From Minisyncoccota bacterium (GTDB lineage Bacteria; Patescibacteriota; JACMRA01): DNA of 64,000 nt. Shown here one piece after another: positions 1 through 9,339 of this stretch. Position 1 is the stretch's first letter. Each line of letters opens with the position of its first letter. The stretch is taken from positions 5,900 to 69,899 of the forward strand of contig JAYVFR010000021.1 of assembly GCA_043772945.1 (NCBI GenBank). Direction: 5' to 3'. Below the pieces are notes generated by a model. It had not been told where the DNA came from and ran no database searches. It saw only the letters and a list, made by a program, of their open reading frames with translations. Position numbers and translations under genes: made by a program.

Positions 1-414
1 ACTTTACTCGGGCAAGGAGATGGTTTGTTTAAAAACCCAAGTGCAATTAGGCCAGTGCGATTCCAAGGAGCTTATGTAGACGAAAAAGAAGTTAAAGAAG
101 TAGTGGACGTTTTAATAGACCAAAAAATTAAAGGTAAATTTGATAATTACAATCCCGATGTAATAGAGCCACCAGCAGGAATGGTTACTTTAGTTGGAAG
201 TCGTGGTAGGATTGAACCAGAAAGTGCCGTAATGCTTTACGAAGAGGCTAAAAAACTTGTTGTGCAAGAAGGTCAATGCTCACCTAATATAGTGGCAGGC
301 AATCTAAAAATTGAGTTAAAGCAAGCCAAGCAACTAATAGAAGAATTAGAAGCTAATGGAATTGTAGGTCCTGAAATAGATGGAATGAATGGTCGCGAGG
401 TTTTAGTTATTTAA
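1..414 (+). CDS. ftsK: DNA translocase FtsK/SpoIIIE, C-terminal part (5' end outside the window)
   Basis: The frame is open from base 1. The motor-domain end RPVRFQGAYVDEKEVKEVV is followed by a gamma winged-helix-like tail (EEAKKLVVQEGQCSPNIVAGNLKIELKQAKQLIEELEANGIVGP). Confidence 0.8.
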   Translation, partial: TLLGQGDGLFKNPSAIRPVRFQGAYVDEKEVKEVVDVLIDQKIKGKFDNYNPDVIEPPAGMVTLVGSRGRIEPESAVMLYEEAKKLVVQEGQCSPNIVAGNLKIELKQAKQLIEELEANGIVGPEIDGMNGREVLVI

Positions 415-542
415 TTTAATTTGTTGGGATTTTTTTAAAATATCACGTGAGGATTTTTTCGACTAGCTTGACATAATCCTTGACAAGAATTGTTAAAAGT
501 TAGATTTTAAACAAAATTTATTTCAACAAACAGAATCGTGAT

Positions 543-848
543 ATGATTACTCGTTCAAATCTAAAAGCAAATTCACGTAAACAAAAATTATTAACCCAAA
601 AACGCCAAAAGAAAACTAATTTATTTCTTCAGATTCCAGACTTAAAGAAAATTACTTTTGGAATTGAGTTGCAATTTGTAACTTTTCTTGTTTTAACGGT
701 TGCTATTTTAGGTTTAATGAACTACGTCAATCGATCTAGTAATTTGGATACTCAAGCAGAAAATGCGAATAATTCTTATCCTAGAATTTTAAATAATTAT
801 AATCGTAAAGTTATTAATAACAATAAAGAAGTTCTTTTACGCGAGTAA
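543..848 (+). CDS. hypothetical small basic protein with one TM helix
   Basis: 101-aa ORF with a K/R-rich N-terminus and the hydrophobic segment FVTFLVLTVAILGLM. No recognisable family. Confidence 0.4.
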   Translation: MITRSNLKANSRKQKLLTQKRQKKTNLFLQIPDLKKITFGIELQFVTFLVLTVAILGLMNYVNRSSNLDTQAENANNSYPRILNNYNRKVINNNKEVLLRE

Positions 849-881
849 TTTTATTTTTTAATCAGTCTTTTTTAAGTGTTC

Positions 882-2195
882 ATGAAGTATTTTTACCCGT
901 CCTTAAACAAAAATCTGTGGCAACTAATCGGTCCTTCAATCGTTTTTGTAGCCCTTAGCCTTAGCAGCGGAGAGATTATGCTTTGGCCTGATATGATAGG
1001 AAAGTATGGTTTGCAAATTATTTGGCTAATTCCTATTGTTCTAATTCTGCAGGTTGGGGTTAACCTCGAAATAGAGCGTTACACTATTACCACTGGTAAA
1101 AATATTTTAACGGGCTTAATTCAAAAGCAAGGATTTTTAAAGTATTTGTTTATTTTGGGAGTTTTTGGGAGTTTACTTTGGCCAGGTTGGGTATCAGTAG
1201 CAGGAAATACTTTATCAGTTCTATTAAAAGCTAATAGTTACGGGAATGTATTGTCAGCCTTTTTGATGATGCTTGTTTTAACAATCTGGTTTCACCCTAA
1301 AAGTTATCAAATAATGGAGCAAATTTCTAAAATAGGTTTATTTTTGATAGTAATTACCAGCAGTATTGTTTTAATCAATAATTTTAAATTAAGTTTAATT
1401 CTTTCATCTTTTCAGAATGTTTGGATACCAAATCAGTCGAATGATAAGCTAACTTATTTAGCTGCTCTTGCTTTTGGAGGGACTAGTGGAGTCTTAAATT
1501 TAGTTTATAGTCATTGGGTAACGGCTAAAAAATACGGAGCAACTCAAATTCCAGCAGGGAATGAAATTGATTGGAACAATCCAAAAAGCCTAATAAATTG
1601 GCAAAGTTGGTGGAAAATATTAGTCAAAGAGCATTTGTTTATTTTTTATTTAGGGAATTTGCTCGGAACAATTGTCGTAGGTCTTGTAGCCGTTATGACT
1701 CTTGGGGCTTCTAAAACCCCTCTTTCTGGTTTTGAGATTATTCGTTTTCAGATAAATTATTTAAATAATGAAGGTTGGAATTTGGGAAACTTTTGGGGAA
1801 TTGGAGTTGTAATTCTATTTGTAATGGCACAGATGACTATACTTGATGCAGCGGGTAGGTTGCTATCTCAAGCTTTTAAGGTCAAAAAGAATGATAGTTT
1901 AGTTTTAAAATGGTGGCATAATCATAATAATTTAAGTCATTTAGTTGGGTTTATTGGACTTTTGGTTTTAATTGCTGGGATATTTAATTCAAAAATCTCG
2001 CAACCAGCTCAGTTAATCCAGATTTCCGCTACACTTTCAGCATTTCTAATGGTTATTTACCCGATTTTTATTTTACAAATCAATTCTAATGAGTTACCGA
2101 TACAAACTAGACCAAAACTTTGGAATAAAATACTTGTTATTACTTGTTCACTATTTTATGCAGTTGCTAGTATTTGGACATTTTTTGTTAAATAA
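882..2195 (+). CDS. polytopic membrane transporter, distant Nramp/APC-fold-like
   Basis: About 11 hydrophobic segments. The N-terminal GPSIVFVALSLSSGEIMLWP...LQIIWLIPIVLILQ resembles Nramp TM1-TM2, but the DPGN signature is absent. ATG at 882 is preferred over GTG at 876. Confidence 0.45.
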   Translation: MKYFYPSLNKNLWQLIGPSIVFVALSLSSGEIMLWPDMIGKYGLQIIWLIPIVLILQVGVNLEIERYTITTGKNILTGLIQKQGFLKYLFILGVFGSLLWPGWVSVAGNTLSVLLKANSYGNVLSAFLMMLVLTIWFHPKSYQIMEQISKIGLFLIVITSSIVLINNFKLSLILSSFQNVWIPNQSNDKLTYLAALAFGGTSGVLNLVYSHWVTAKKYGATQIPAGNEIDWNNPKSLINWQSWWKILVKEHLFIFYLGNLLGTIVVGLVAVMTLGASKTPLSGFEIIRFQINYLNNEGWNLGNFWGIGVVILFVMAQMTILDAAGRLLSQAFKVKKNDSLVLKWWHNHNNLSHLVGFIGLLVLIAGIFNSKISQPAQLIQISATLSAFLMVIYPIFILQINSNELPIQTRPKLWNKILVITCSLFYAVASIWTFFVK

Positions 2196-2233
2196 AAACT
2201 TAATAAAAAACCTAATAATGAAAAAATTATAAC

Positions 2234-3082
2234 ATGTCCGTGCATACTGAAATTTTTAAGAAAGCTTCTAAAACTTATTACTATTCTAATATCTTTTTTC
2301 CTCCTAAAATTCAAATAAAGATCTCAAGACTCTATTCTTTTGTGAGGATTGCTGACGATTACGTGGACTCTGTTCCTCAGAATAAACAAGCATTTTTGGA
2401 ATTACGCTCTAATTATAATGGTTTGCTAAATGATAAAAGTTACCAGATGAGCTTTGTAAACTCTAATCAATTAGATTTTGAGATTATACAAAGTTTCATA
2501 AATTTAATTAACGAAGAAGGTTTTGACTTGAAATGGGTCGAGGCTTTTTTGGATTCAATGGAACTTGATACTAATCCTGATTTTATTTATCAAACAATGA
2601 CTCAAACCAAAAAATATATTTACGGTTCAGCTAGTGTTATAGGGCTTTTTGTGGCAAAAATTTTAAATTTAGATGAGGCTTCTTATAAAGGAGCGACGCT
2701 GCTTGGTGATGCTTTCCAGTATATTAATTTTATTCGGGACATTGCAGAGGATGTTGTGCTCAATAGATGTTATTTCCCAAAAACTGAATTAGAAAAATTT
2801 GATTTATTAAATCTTACAAAAGAGGAGTGCTACGAGAAACCAGAGAATTTTAAGAGGTTTATGGAGGCTCAAGTTTATACTTATTCAAAATGGCAACTGA
2901 AAGCTGAGGAGTATTTTAAATATATTCCCAAAAAATACCGTATTGCTATAGCGACCGCTAGTGATATGTACGCTTGGACAGGTCTTGAAATCTCTCGGGA
3001 TCCATTTTTAGTATTTCAAAAGAAAGTTAAACCGAGAAAAAGAAGAATCTTTTTAACAGCTCTAAAGAATTTGCTGAGGTAA
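2234..3082 (+). CDS. phytoene/squalene synthase family protein (head-to-head trans-isoprenyl diphosphate synthase)
   Basis: First Asp-rich motif YSFVRIADDYVDS and second motif YINFIRDIAEDVVLNRCYFP. The 282-aa length is typical for CrtB/HpnD. Confidence 0.7.
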   Translation: MSVHTEIFKKASKTYYYSNIFFPPKIQIKISRLYSFVRIADDYVDSVPQNKQAFLELRSNYNGLLNDKSYQMSFVNSNQLDFEIIQSFINLINEEGFDLKWVEAFLDSMELDTNPDFIYQTMTQTKKYIYGSASVIGLFVAKILNLDEASYKGATLLGDAFQYINFIRDIAEDVVLNRCYFPKTELEKFDLLNLTKEECYEKPENFKRFMEAQVYTYSKWQLKAEEYFKYIPKKYRIAIATASDMYAWTGLEISRDPFLVFQKKVKPRKRRIFLTALKNLLR

Positions 3083-3255
3083 AGCTTAAAAGAAATCTCT
3101 TCTCTTGTTAAAAAGCTAGATCTCCCTTAGTATACACGTTTGTTTATAGATTAGAGGTTTTTTTTATTTTGTTCAGTTTATATCCTCTTGATTAAAAAAA
3201 GTAATTAGTTGTTCATAATTCATTCACAAAAAAGAAGTGATAATTATGCTTTTCT

Positions 3256-4347
3256 ATGCCCGTTTACTCAAAAAATAGCTTTCAAAAACCTTTCGCTCTA
3301 ACAAAATTTTCGACAAACCCTAAAAAGAATTTATTCAAAAACCTTTCTAAAATATGTTTCTTTGTTGTTATTTTTGGGCTTATAGCTTTTTCAGTTAAAT
3401 TACTAGCTAGTAATAATACAAATCAAGCAAATAAAATCAATCAGAATATTTCTAATGCTGATAAACAGCAAGTTGGGAGTTTGGTTGATAGCAAAGCGGC
3501 TAAAAAAAACTTAAAACCTCAAGAAGAGTTAAAGCCTGAAATCAAAAAACTTTCCTTGCCAGTGAAAGCCGATATAAAGCTTCCTGTAATTATGTACCAT
3601 CATATTAATAATCTTGATGGCATTCCAGCAACCGATGCTATTGGAATTGGGCTTCGCGTTAGTGAAAATGTTCTCGAAAAGCAGTTATTGTATCTGAAAC
3701 AGAATAACTACACTACAATTAATAGCTTTCAGCTTAATGACTACTGGAAAAGTGGTATTCCACTCCCTGATAAACCAATACTTTTGACTTTTGATGATGG
3801 GTATATTGATAATTATACTAAAGCCCTTCCACTCCTCCAAAAGTATAAAATGGTTGGGGATTTTGCTATTATTACTAAAGTTATTGGAACGGGCGAATAT
3901 ATGAATTATGATCAATTAAAAGATATTCTAAAGGCGGGAAATAGTATTAGCTCTCATACTCAACTGCACTGCTCCCTCGCTTATAAACAAAAAGATGGTA
4001 CTTTCCTTGATACTCCTAATTCCTCTAAGGATTCTAAAGAAGAATGTCCAAGCTTAAATTATCCAAGTCAGATGAACAGTAATCAAGTTAAAAACGAATT
4101 AATCAATTCCAAAAAAACTCTAGAAGATAATTTGGGAATTAAAGTAACAACCCTTGTCTATCCTTTTGGTTATCATAATAAACAAACCCAAGCCTTCGCT
4201 CGAGAGGCGGGATATGAGTTTGCCTTTACAGTAATGCCTCAAGGAGATGAGAATTTAGATCTTTCTTCGCCTTTTAACTTGCCCCGATACCGAGCTAACG
4301 GTCAACAGGATTCAATTCTGCGAGGGTTTTTTGCAGGGGGACGCTAA
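3256..4347 (+). CDS. membrane-anchored polysaccharide deacetylase (NodB homology domain)
   Basis: N-terminal TM helix, then PILLTFDDGYIDNY, ISSHTQLH and LVYPFGY, which match NodB motifs. Confidence 0.8.
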   Translation: MPVYSKNSFQKPFALTKFSTNPKKNLFKNLSKICFFVVIFGLIAFSVKLLASNNTNQANKINQNISNADKQQVGSLVDSKAAKKNLKPQEELKPEIKKLSLPVKADIKLPVIMYHHINNLDGIPATDAIGIGLRVSENVLEKQLLYLKQNNYTTINSFQLNDYWKSGIPLPDKPILLTFDDGYIDNYTKALPLLQKYKMVGDFAIITKVIGTGEYMNYDQLKDILKAGNSISSHTQLHCSLAYKQKDGTFLDTPNSSKDSKEECPSLNYPSQMNSNQVKNELINSKKTLEDNLGIKVTTLVYPFGYHNKQTQAFAREAGYEFAFTVMPQGDENLDLSSPFNLPRYRANGQQDSILRGFFAGGR

Positions 4348-4422
4348 TGTTTGACTAATGATAAATTCTGTGGCAATAACTTGGGAGCAAAGTCTGAAAT
4401 TCTTAAAAAGAGGTCTTTTCCA

Positions 4423-4749
4423 ATGGTTAAAATTAGTTGTGTTGTTCATTTAAAAAGCTCTGGACAAATTCTTGTTCATTTCAATAAACCTTTCAAAGAC
4501 TTAAAAGCCATATCTAGATACTTGAATGAAGTTTTAAAATGTAAAAATTATTTTAACCAGTATTCAACCAAAATCAATAATTTAAAAGAATTAGGACATT
4601 TCTCCTTTGTCGAATCTACTTACAGCCGCATAGAATTATGTCTTAGTGCTATCCGGGCCGAAGATTACCAAGCTGTGTTGAATGAAGTTTTATTGGCTTT
4701 AAATCACTTTGAGGTTATTTTTAATGTTATTGACCAGCGCCTCAATTAG
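4423..4749 (+). CDS. hypothetical protein
   Basis: The ORF is open from TTG 4351. The first ATG is at 4423. No recognisable motif. Confidence 0.35.
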   Translation: MVKISCVVHLKSSGQILVHFNKPFKDLKAISRYLNEVLKCKNYFNQYSTKINNLKELGHFSFVESTYSRIELCLSAIRAEDYQAVLNEVLLALNHFEVIFNVIDQRLN

Positions 4750-4817
4750 CTTTTGGTGTTTCAGGTTTTCCAATCATTTACTTTTTTTAGTTATGGTTGG
4801 ATTTTTTTTTGCAATTT

Positions 4818-5708
4818 CTATTTTTGGCATTTAGTGCAGTAGACTGTTGTGCGTGAGACGTGAACTATTTTTTTTAAGATTTTCCCGCAAATAAAGCATT
4901 CTTTCCCTGCTTGATTATAAACTTTGTGAAAAGCTGCGTAATTACCTCGAGAGCCATCTGCCAGTAAATAATTCGCTATACTAGAGCCTCCTTCATCAAT
5001 TGCTTTAGTTAAAATTTCTTTGATACCTTTGTAAATTTTTAAAGTTTCATTTTTTTTAAGAGATTTGCAAGTCCGAAAAGGATAAACTCCCGCATAAAAA
5101 CAAACCTCATCGGAATAAATATTTCCAAGACCACAAACCACTGAATTTTTTAAAAATAATTGTTTGATAGTTCCGCTGGAATTTCTTAGTTTTTTACCTA
5201 AATAATTTAATGTAAATTCTGGATCAAAAGGATCAAGTCCCAATTTGTCAAAATGTTTATCATTTTCGAGAGCTTCAGCTGAGGGATAATAAAGCAAATA
5301 TCCAAATTGTCTTGTGTCATTATAAAAAAGAGTTCCATTTTCAAGTTCAAAAATAATATGAGAATGTTTGCTTGGAAGTTTATCCTCAAGCCTAATTGGA
5401 TGTCCACCAGAGATTGTCTGAGTTTCACTTTGATAAACTAGTTGACCTGTCATTTTTAAATGAATCAACAAAATTCTACCAGCATAAGTTTCTAAAATTA
5501 TATTTTTATTAATTCTCTCCAGGCTTTTGATTTTTTGATTTATTAGGCCGTTTATAAATTCGTTTGTTTTAAATTCGTCTTCTAATCTTTTTGTACCTTT
5601 GCTGTAAACAAGTTTGGGTTTATTAATTGTGATTCCTTTGATTGTTTGGTTTATAATATAAGGTTTTAGGCTTTTGCGAAGGCTTTCAACTTCGGGTAAT
5701 TCAGGCAT
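4818..5708 (-). CDS. mutM: formamidopyrimidine-DNA glycosylase
   Basis: N-terminal MPELPEVE catalytic Pro/Glu. C-terminal zinc finger CFICGKILKKIVHVSRTTVYCTKCQ. Confidence 0.9.
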   Translation of the reverse strand: MPELPEVESLRKSLKPYIINQTIKGITINKPKLVYSKGTKRLEDEFKTNEFINGLINQKIKSLERINKNIILETYAGRILLIHLKMTGQLVYQSETQTISGGHPIRLEDKLPSKHSHIIFELENGTLFYNDTRQFGYLLYYPSAEALENDKHFDKLGLDPFDPEFTLNYLGKKLRNSSGTIKQLFLKNSVVCGLGNIYSDEVCFYAGVYPFRTCKSLKKNETLKIYKGIKEILTKAIDEGGSSIANYLLADGSRGNYAAFHKVYNQAGKECFICGKILKKIVHVSRTTVYCTKCQK

Positions 5709-6750
5709 ATGTGCAATTTATATAAATAGGATTTGTTGTTTGGTAAGTACTAAAAAATCTTTCTAAGAATTTGACAGCTAGTAAGCTTTGTTTGTTGTTA
5801 ATAGTGTCTTTATCGTTTTGATTTTCTTGGCTTAATTCAGTTTCTTCCTCACTCCCTGATAAAAGATAATTATTTACATTAGTAATTTTACCTTTATTGA
5901 TTGATTGGAGACAAATACTTCCAATGGTTAATCCTTCATCGTTTTGAGTTATAATTAAATTTAGAATGTCAAGGCTTTGGTCATCGCTTAGGACTGTTTT
6001 TTGATCTTTAGTTAATTCAGTTAAAATATTTAAACGGTCTCGCCAAAGAGCAGCAAATTTATAATCATCATCTTTAATAGCGGTTTGAATTTTATCTTTG
6101 ACCCAGTTAATACTTTCCTCGTTATCTCCTTTAAGAACAGATTTAATTTTTTTCAATTTGTTTTTGTAATCCTCTAAACTCTCCTTTCCAATGCAAATTC
6201 CATCACATTGCTTGACTCCATAATAATCACAACTTTTACCATCGAAACGGGTTTTAGAACAGAAAGGAAAAATTTGCCTAAGCGTTTTGAGGCTAGAAAT
6301 GATTTGAAACTTTTTAGTGTATGGTCCTAGATACTCACTGTTTGGATCTAGTTTGTTACGTTCTATTGTAATTGTTGGAGCTGGGCTTTGAGTTTGAAAC
6401 CGAATATAAACATAATTATCAGCATCTTTAAGCAGAATATTATAACGAGGTTGAAGGTTTTGAATTAGGCTTGCTTCGAGCCTTAAAGCCTCAGATTCAC
6501 TACTAACTATTGTATACTCGATTCGATAAATTTGACTAACCATTAGTTGAATTCTCATTACGTGGTTATTTGAATCTTGGAAATATTGACTAACACGATT
6601 TTTTAAGTCTTTTGCTTTGCCGATGTAAAGCAGGGAATCATCTATTCCATAGTAACGGTAGACACCCGCTTGGTGCGGGATTGTAATAATTGTTGGTTTA
6701 AGAGAACTAATATATGGATTGAGCACAAAAAGTATTAAAGCTAAATTCAA
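5701..6750 (-). CDS. UvrC-like excinuclease, N-terminal half only (GIY-YIG + Cys-rich + UVR-like region), Cho-like architecture
   Basis: GVYRYYG...LLYIGKAKDLKNRVSQYF and EALRLEASLIQNLQPRYNILLKD match GIY-YIG. The ORF stops at 349 aa, where full UvrC continues into the RNase H-like/HhH2 half. Its TGA overlaps the mutM ATG (ATGCCTGA). Confidence 0.75.
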   Translation of the reverse strand: MNLALILFVLNPYISSLKPTIITIPHQAGVYRYYGIDDSLLYIGKAKDLKNRVSQYFQDSNNHVMRIQLMVSQIYRIEYTIVSSESEALRLEASLIQNLQPRYNILLKDADNYVYIRFQTQSPAPTITIERNKLDPNSEYLGPYTKKFQIISSLKTLRQIFPFCSKTRFDGKSCDYYGVKQCDGICIGKESLEDYKNKLKKIKSVLKGDNEESINWVKDKIQTAIKDDDYKFAALWRDRLNILTELTKDQKTVLSDDQSLDILNLIITQNDEGLTIGSICLQSINKGKITNVNNYLLSGSEEETELSQENQNDKDTINNKQSLLAVKFLERFFSTYQTTNPIYINCTYA

Positions 6751-6822
6751 ACAAATTTGTCAATTTAATAAAGTGTGTTTATCTGGTGATTGAAAACCAT
6801 TTTCTTTAAGGAGAAAAATTTT

Positions 6823-7176
6823 ATGTTAGAGCAAAACGTTACATTTGGTCCCGAACAACCAAAATTCACAACAACGTTTGACGGTGAGAAAGCTTTTCGT
6901 CTCAATGATCAAGAAAGTATTAATGCATTTTTTGAGCTCTTTAAAGCTTTTGTGAATAGCAACGAAAGTGCTGCAGCCGAAAAAAGTACTTACTTTGATG
7001 GAGATAATGGTAAAGGATCAAGCTTAGAATGTAAAAATTGTGTTGTTTATACTCTTATGCCAAGTAACAATGAGACCCCAGAGATTTATCTTGTTCCGAC
7101 ATGCAAACGAAGAAAGCTTTTTTGGGTTTTCCCTCGGCGGTGGCAAACAGGAAATATCTTTACTATTCGAATCTAG
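6823..7176 (+). CDS. hypothetical protein (3' end possibly frameshifted near 7100)
   Basis: AAGGAG lies 9 nt upstream of ATG 6823. Near 7100 a third frame reads more protein-like (HANEESFFGFSLGGGKQEISLLFESSKNK). Confidence 0.4.
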   Translation: MLEQNVTFGPEQPKFTTTFDGEKAFRLNDQESINAFFELFKAFVNSNESAAAEKSTYFDGDNGKGSSLECKNCVVYTLMPSNNETPEIYLVPTCKRRKLFWVFPRRWQTGNIFTIRI

Positions 7177-7212
7177 TAAAAACAAATAGCAACAAATTTT
7201 TTTACATTGCTT

Positions 7213-7243
7213 CCCTGAATTATCAAGTTCGGGGATTTTTTTT
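7213..7243 (+). terminator. intrinsic terminator, family T1 (CCCTGAA-8 nt loop-TTCGGGG-A-T8)
   Basis: 7-bp stem with one G-U pair, followed by a T8 run. A homologous copy lies at 25201-25232 on the other strand and carries a compensatory stem change. Confidence 0.6.
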
Positions 7244-7283
7244 ACGGGAAAATATCGCTCTGGGATTTTTTTTACGGGAAAAT
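7232..7283 (+). repeat. tandem direct repeat: 22-bp unit GGGATTTTTTTTACGGGAAAAT x2, 30-bp period
   Basis: Exact 22-mer at 7232-7253 and 7262-7283. Confidence 0.9.
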
Positions 7284-7400
7284 TTTCTTAATAAACTTCA
7301 AAATCAGCTTTAAATTAAGCACAAAAAGTATTTACAGATAAAATCAAAACCACTTTCTATAAATTGACAAAATTACAGCGAATCACAATTAGAACAAGCA

Positions 7401-7466
7401 ATTATTGATAATTTAGAATTATTTTTGTTAGAACTTGAGAGAGGTTTGGCTTCTGTAAAAAGGTAA
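7401..7466 (+). pseudogene. short remnant resembling the DUF1016/YhcG PDDEXK-nuclease family
   Basis: Translates to IIDNLELFLLELERGLASVKR*, close to the family motif FLLELGxGFAFVGRQ. A stop lies immediately upstream, so only about 24 codons survive. Confidence 0.35.
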
Positions 7467-7545
7467 TTTCCCATAAAAGTATTTGACTAAACAAATAGAA
7501 AGTATTTTTGTATGAAACAAAGATTTATTAATATTACCAAACCCT

Positions 7546-7968
7546 ATGTCTAAACAAATCTACATTAACTTAATCACCAAAGACCTTGCTAAATCTACTG
7601 CATTTTACGCGGCTATCGGCTTTACCAAAAACGAAATGTTCAGTGGCCCGACCGCTACCAGTATGCAATTTTCTGATGATATAATCTTTATGTTGCTGAC
7701 CGAGAAGTTCACTCTCAATTTTAATGACGGCAAGGTAATTGCCAACCAAAAACAATCCGTGGGGGCGTTTTATGCACTGTCATGCGACTCTCGAGAAGCT
7801 GTAGACGAGTTCTGTGCTGCAGCTAAAGCCAATGGCGGCCGTGTATATGAAAATGATTTTAACAAAGCTAATGCAGGGGAGGTTATGTATTCCTTTGAGG
7901 TCGAAGATCCAGACGGATATATCCTTGAGCCAGTCTTTATGGACGTGAGCAAGTTTCCAGGGGTCTAA
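7546..7968 (+). CDS. VOC/glyoxalase-bleomycin resistance family protein
   Basis: 140 aa. The IYINLITKDLAKSTAFYAAIGF start is typical of the VOC fold, with a C-terminal YSFEVEDPDGYILE beta-strand motif. Visibly more G+C-rich than its neighbours. Confidence 0.75.
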   Translation: MSKQIYINLITKDLAKSTAFYAAIGFTKNEMFSGPTATSMQFSDDIIFMLLTEKFTLNFNDGKVIANQKQSVGAFYALSCDSREAVDEFCAAAKANGGRVYENDFNKANAGEVMYSFEVEDPDGYILEPVFMDVSKFPGV

Positions 7969-7970
7969 AA

Positions 7971-8258
7971 ATGCCAAAAATGCACGAGGATAAGACATTT
8001 ACACGAACTAATAAAACTATGCCAAATCTAACAACTGAAATAAACACTTTTCTCAACTCTTGCCAGCAAGTTCTTTCAACCCGACATGCTACAGAGCACA
8101 GTTACCGGAAGTCACTTGAAATCTTACTCGGAGCAGTTAATAACTCACTAAAAGTTTTGAATGAACCCAAAAGACAAAAAGTTGGAGCTCCTGACTTTAT
8201 CCTATTTAGAAACGGAGTTCAAATTGGTTTTAGGGTAGGGTTAATTAATATTTTCTAA
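7971..8258 (+). pseudogene. N-terminal fragment of an N6-adenine DNA methyltransferase / type IIG-like restriction-modification enzyme
   Basis: ATEHSYRKSLEILL...NEPKRQKVGAPDFILFRNGVQIGF matches the conserved N-terminus of these enzymes. The ORF ends after 95 aa, before any SAM-binding motif. Confidence 0.55.
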
Positions 8259-8329
8259 AAATCAATTGTAAAAAAGTATTAGCAAATTTTTGCAATTACT
8301 GTTAGGCAGCTTATCTTTATATGTAAGTG

Positions 8330-9298
8330 ATGAAAATAATTAAAAATGTTTACAGTAAAATGTCGAAATATATTAAAAATAATATGATCAAATTAACAAA
8401 TTATAAGCTATTACCCTATACAGATTATGAAGGACGAGGACATAAAATACCTGTATTTAAAAAATTTATATCTGAAAATAAAGAATTGCTGTATTGCGGA
8501 GTAAATCACACCTACGATCCAGATGATGACTTATTTAATCAACTTAGAAAGCAGATGGAAGATTTTAATCCAAATTTGATCATACTGGAAGGATGGCCTA
8601 TAATTAACCCGGGTAATCCTAAGCGAGAGGCATATTTTAAGTCAGTTTTAACAAAATCGTATAGACAAATAGTGGAAGAAGCAGGAGAGTTTGGATTTGC
8701 CCTAAAATACGCACTTGAAAAAAATATTGATGCATTTTGCGCAGAGCCTGAATTTGAAGAGCAGATAAACTATTTGGGTCAAACATACAACACCGGGCAA
8801 ATTTTTGTTAATCAAATACTCAAGATGGCGGTACAGTTTTATACTATAAATCACGGTAGCAGTATTAAAGAATACTTAATCAATGAGGTCGAGGGGCTAG
8901 AATCGAAATTAGCTCAAAATACGAAGTGGAAAAAATTTGACTTTAGCTATGATAATTTTCTTCTAATATTTAAAGAAGAGTTTAAACAGGGGTTTTTAGA
9001 TTGTACGAACGAATTTATAATTGAAATAAATGACCCAATACCTTGGACTACCAAAAGTTATGACTGGACAACTAATAATCAAGTTGTACAAGATGAGGGC
9101 AGTTTTAGAGATAATCTTATTTTAAATATAATCAGTCAAAAATCAAAAAATTATAACAAAATATTAGTTGTTTACGGTGGCTCGCATTATTACGCACAAG
9201 AAAGAGGCTTAGAAACAATTTACATCGTTGACTTACATGGCAGTTCTAAGAAAAAAGAAAATTTTTTGACACAAAACTTATATGCAAATATGGGTTAA
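8330..9298 (+). CDS. hypothetical protein, possibly of the Tiki/TraB/PrgY-like superfamily
   Basis: Two GxxH-like motifs (CGVNHT near the N-terminus, YGGSHYY near the C-terminus) plus LIILEG and AEPEFEEQ acidic motifs. The assignment is tentative. Confidence 0.35.
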   Translation: MKIIKNVYSKMSKYIKNNMIKLTNYKLLPYTDYEGRGHKIPVFKKFISENKELLYCGVNHTYDPDDDLFNQLRKQMEDFNPNLIILEGWPIINPGNPKREAYFKSVLTKSYRQIVEEAGEFGFALKYALEKNIDAFCAEPEFEEQINYLGQTYNTGQIFVNQILKMAVQFYTINHGSSIKEYLINEVEGLESKLAQNTKWKKFDFSYDNFLLIFKEEFKQGFLDCTNEFIIEINDPIPWTTKSYDWTTNNQVVQDEGSFRDNLILNIISQKSKNYNKILVVYGGSHYYAQERGLETIYIVDLHGSSKKKENFLTQNLYANMG

Positions 9299-9339
9299 CC
9301 AGTTATTAATTGCTATTTAAATTTTAACAATATATATTT

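Noticed and set aside
7101-7313. 70-aa ORF overlapping the end of 6823-7176 and running through the terminator and tandem repeat
   Set aside because: Its C-terminal half is a translation of the T-rich terminator and the 30-bp tandem repeat (GFFLRENI twice), so it is unlikely to be coding. It may only reflect a frameshift near 7100 in the upstream gene.
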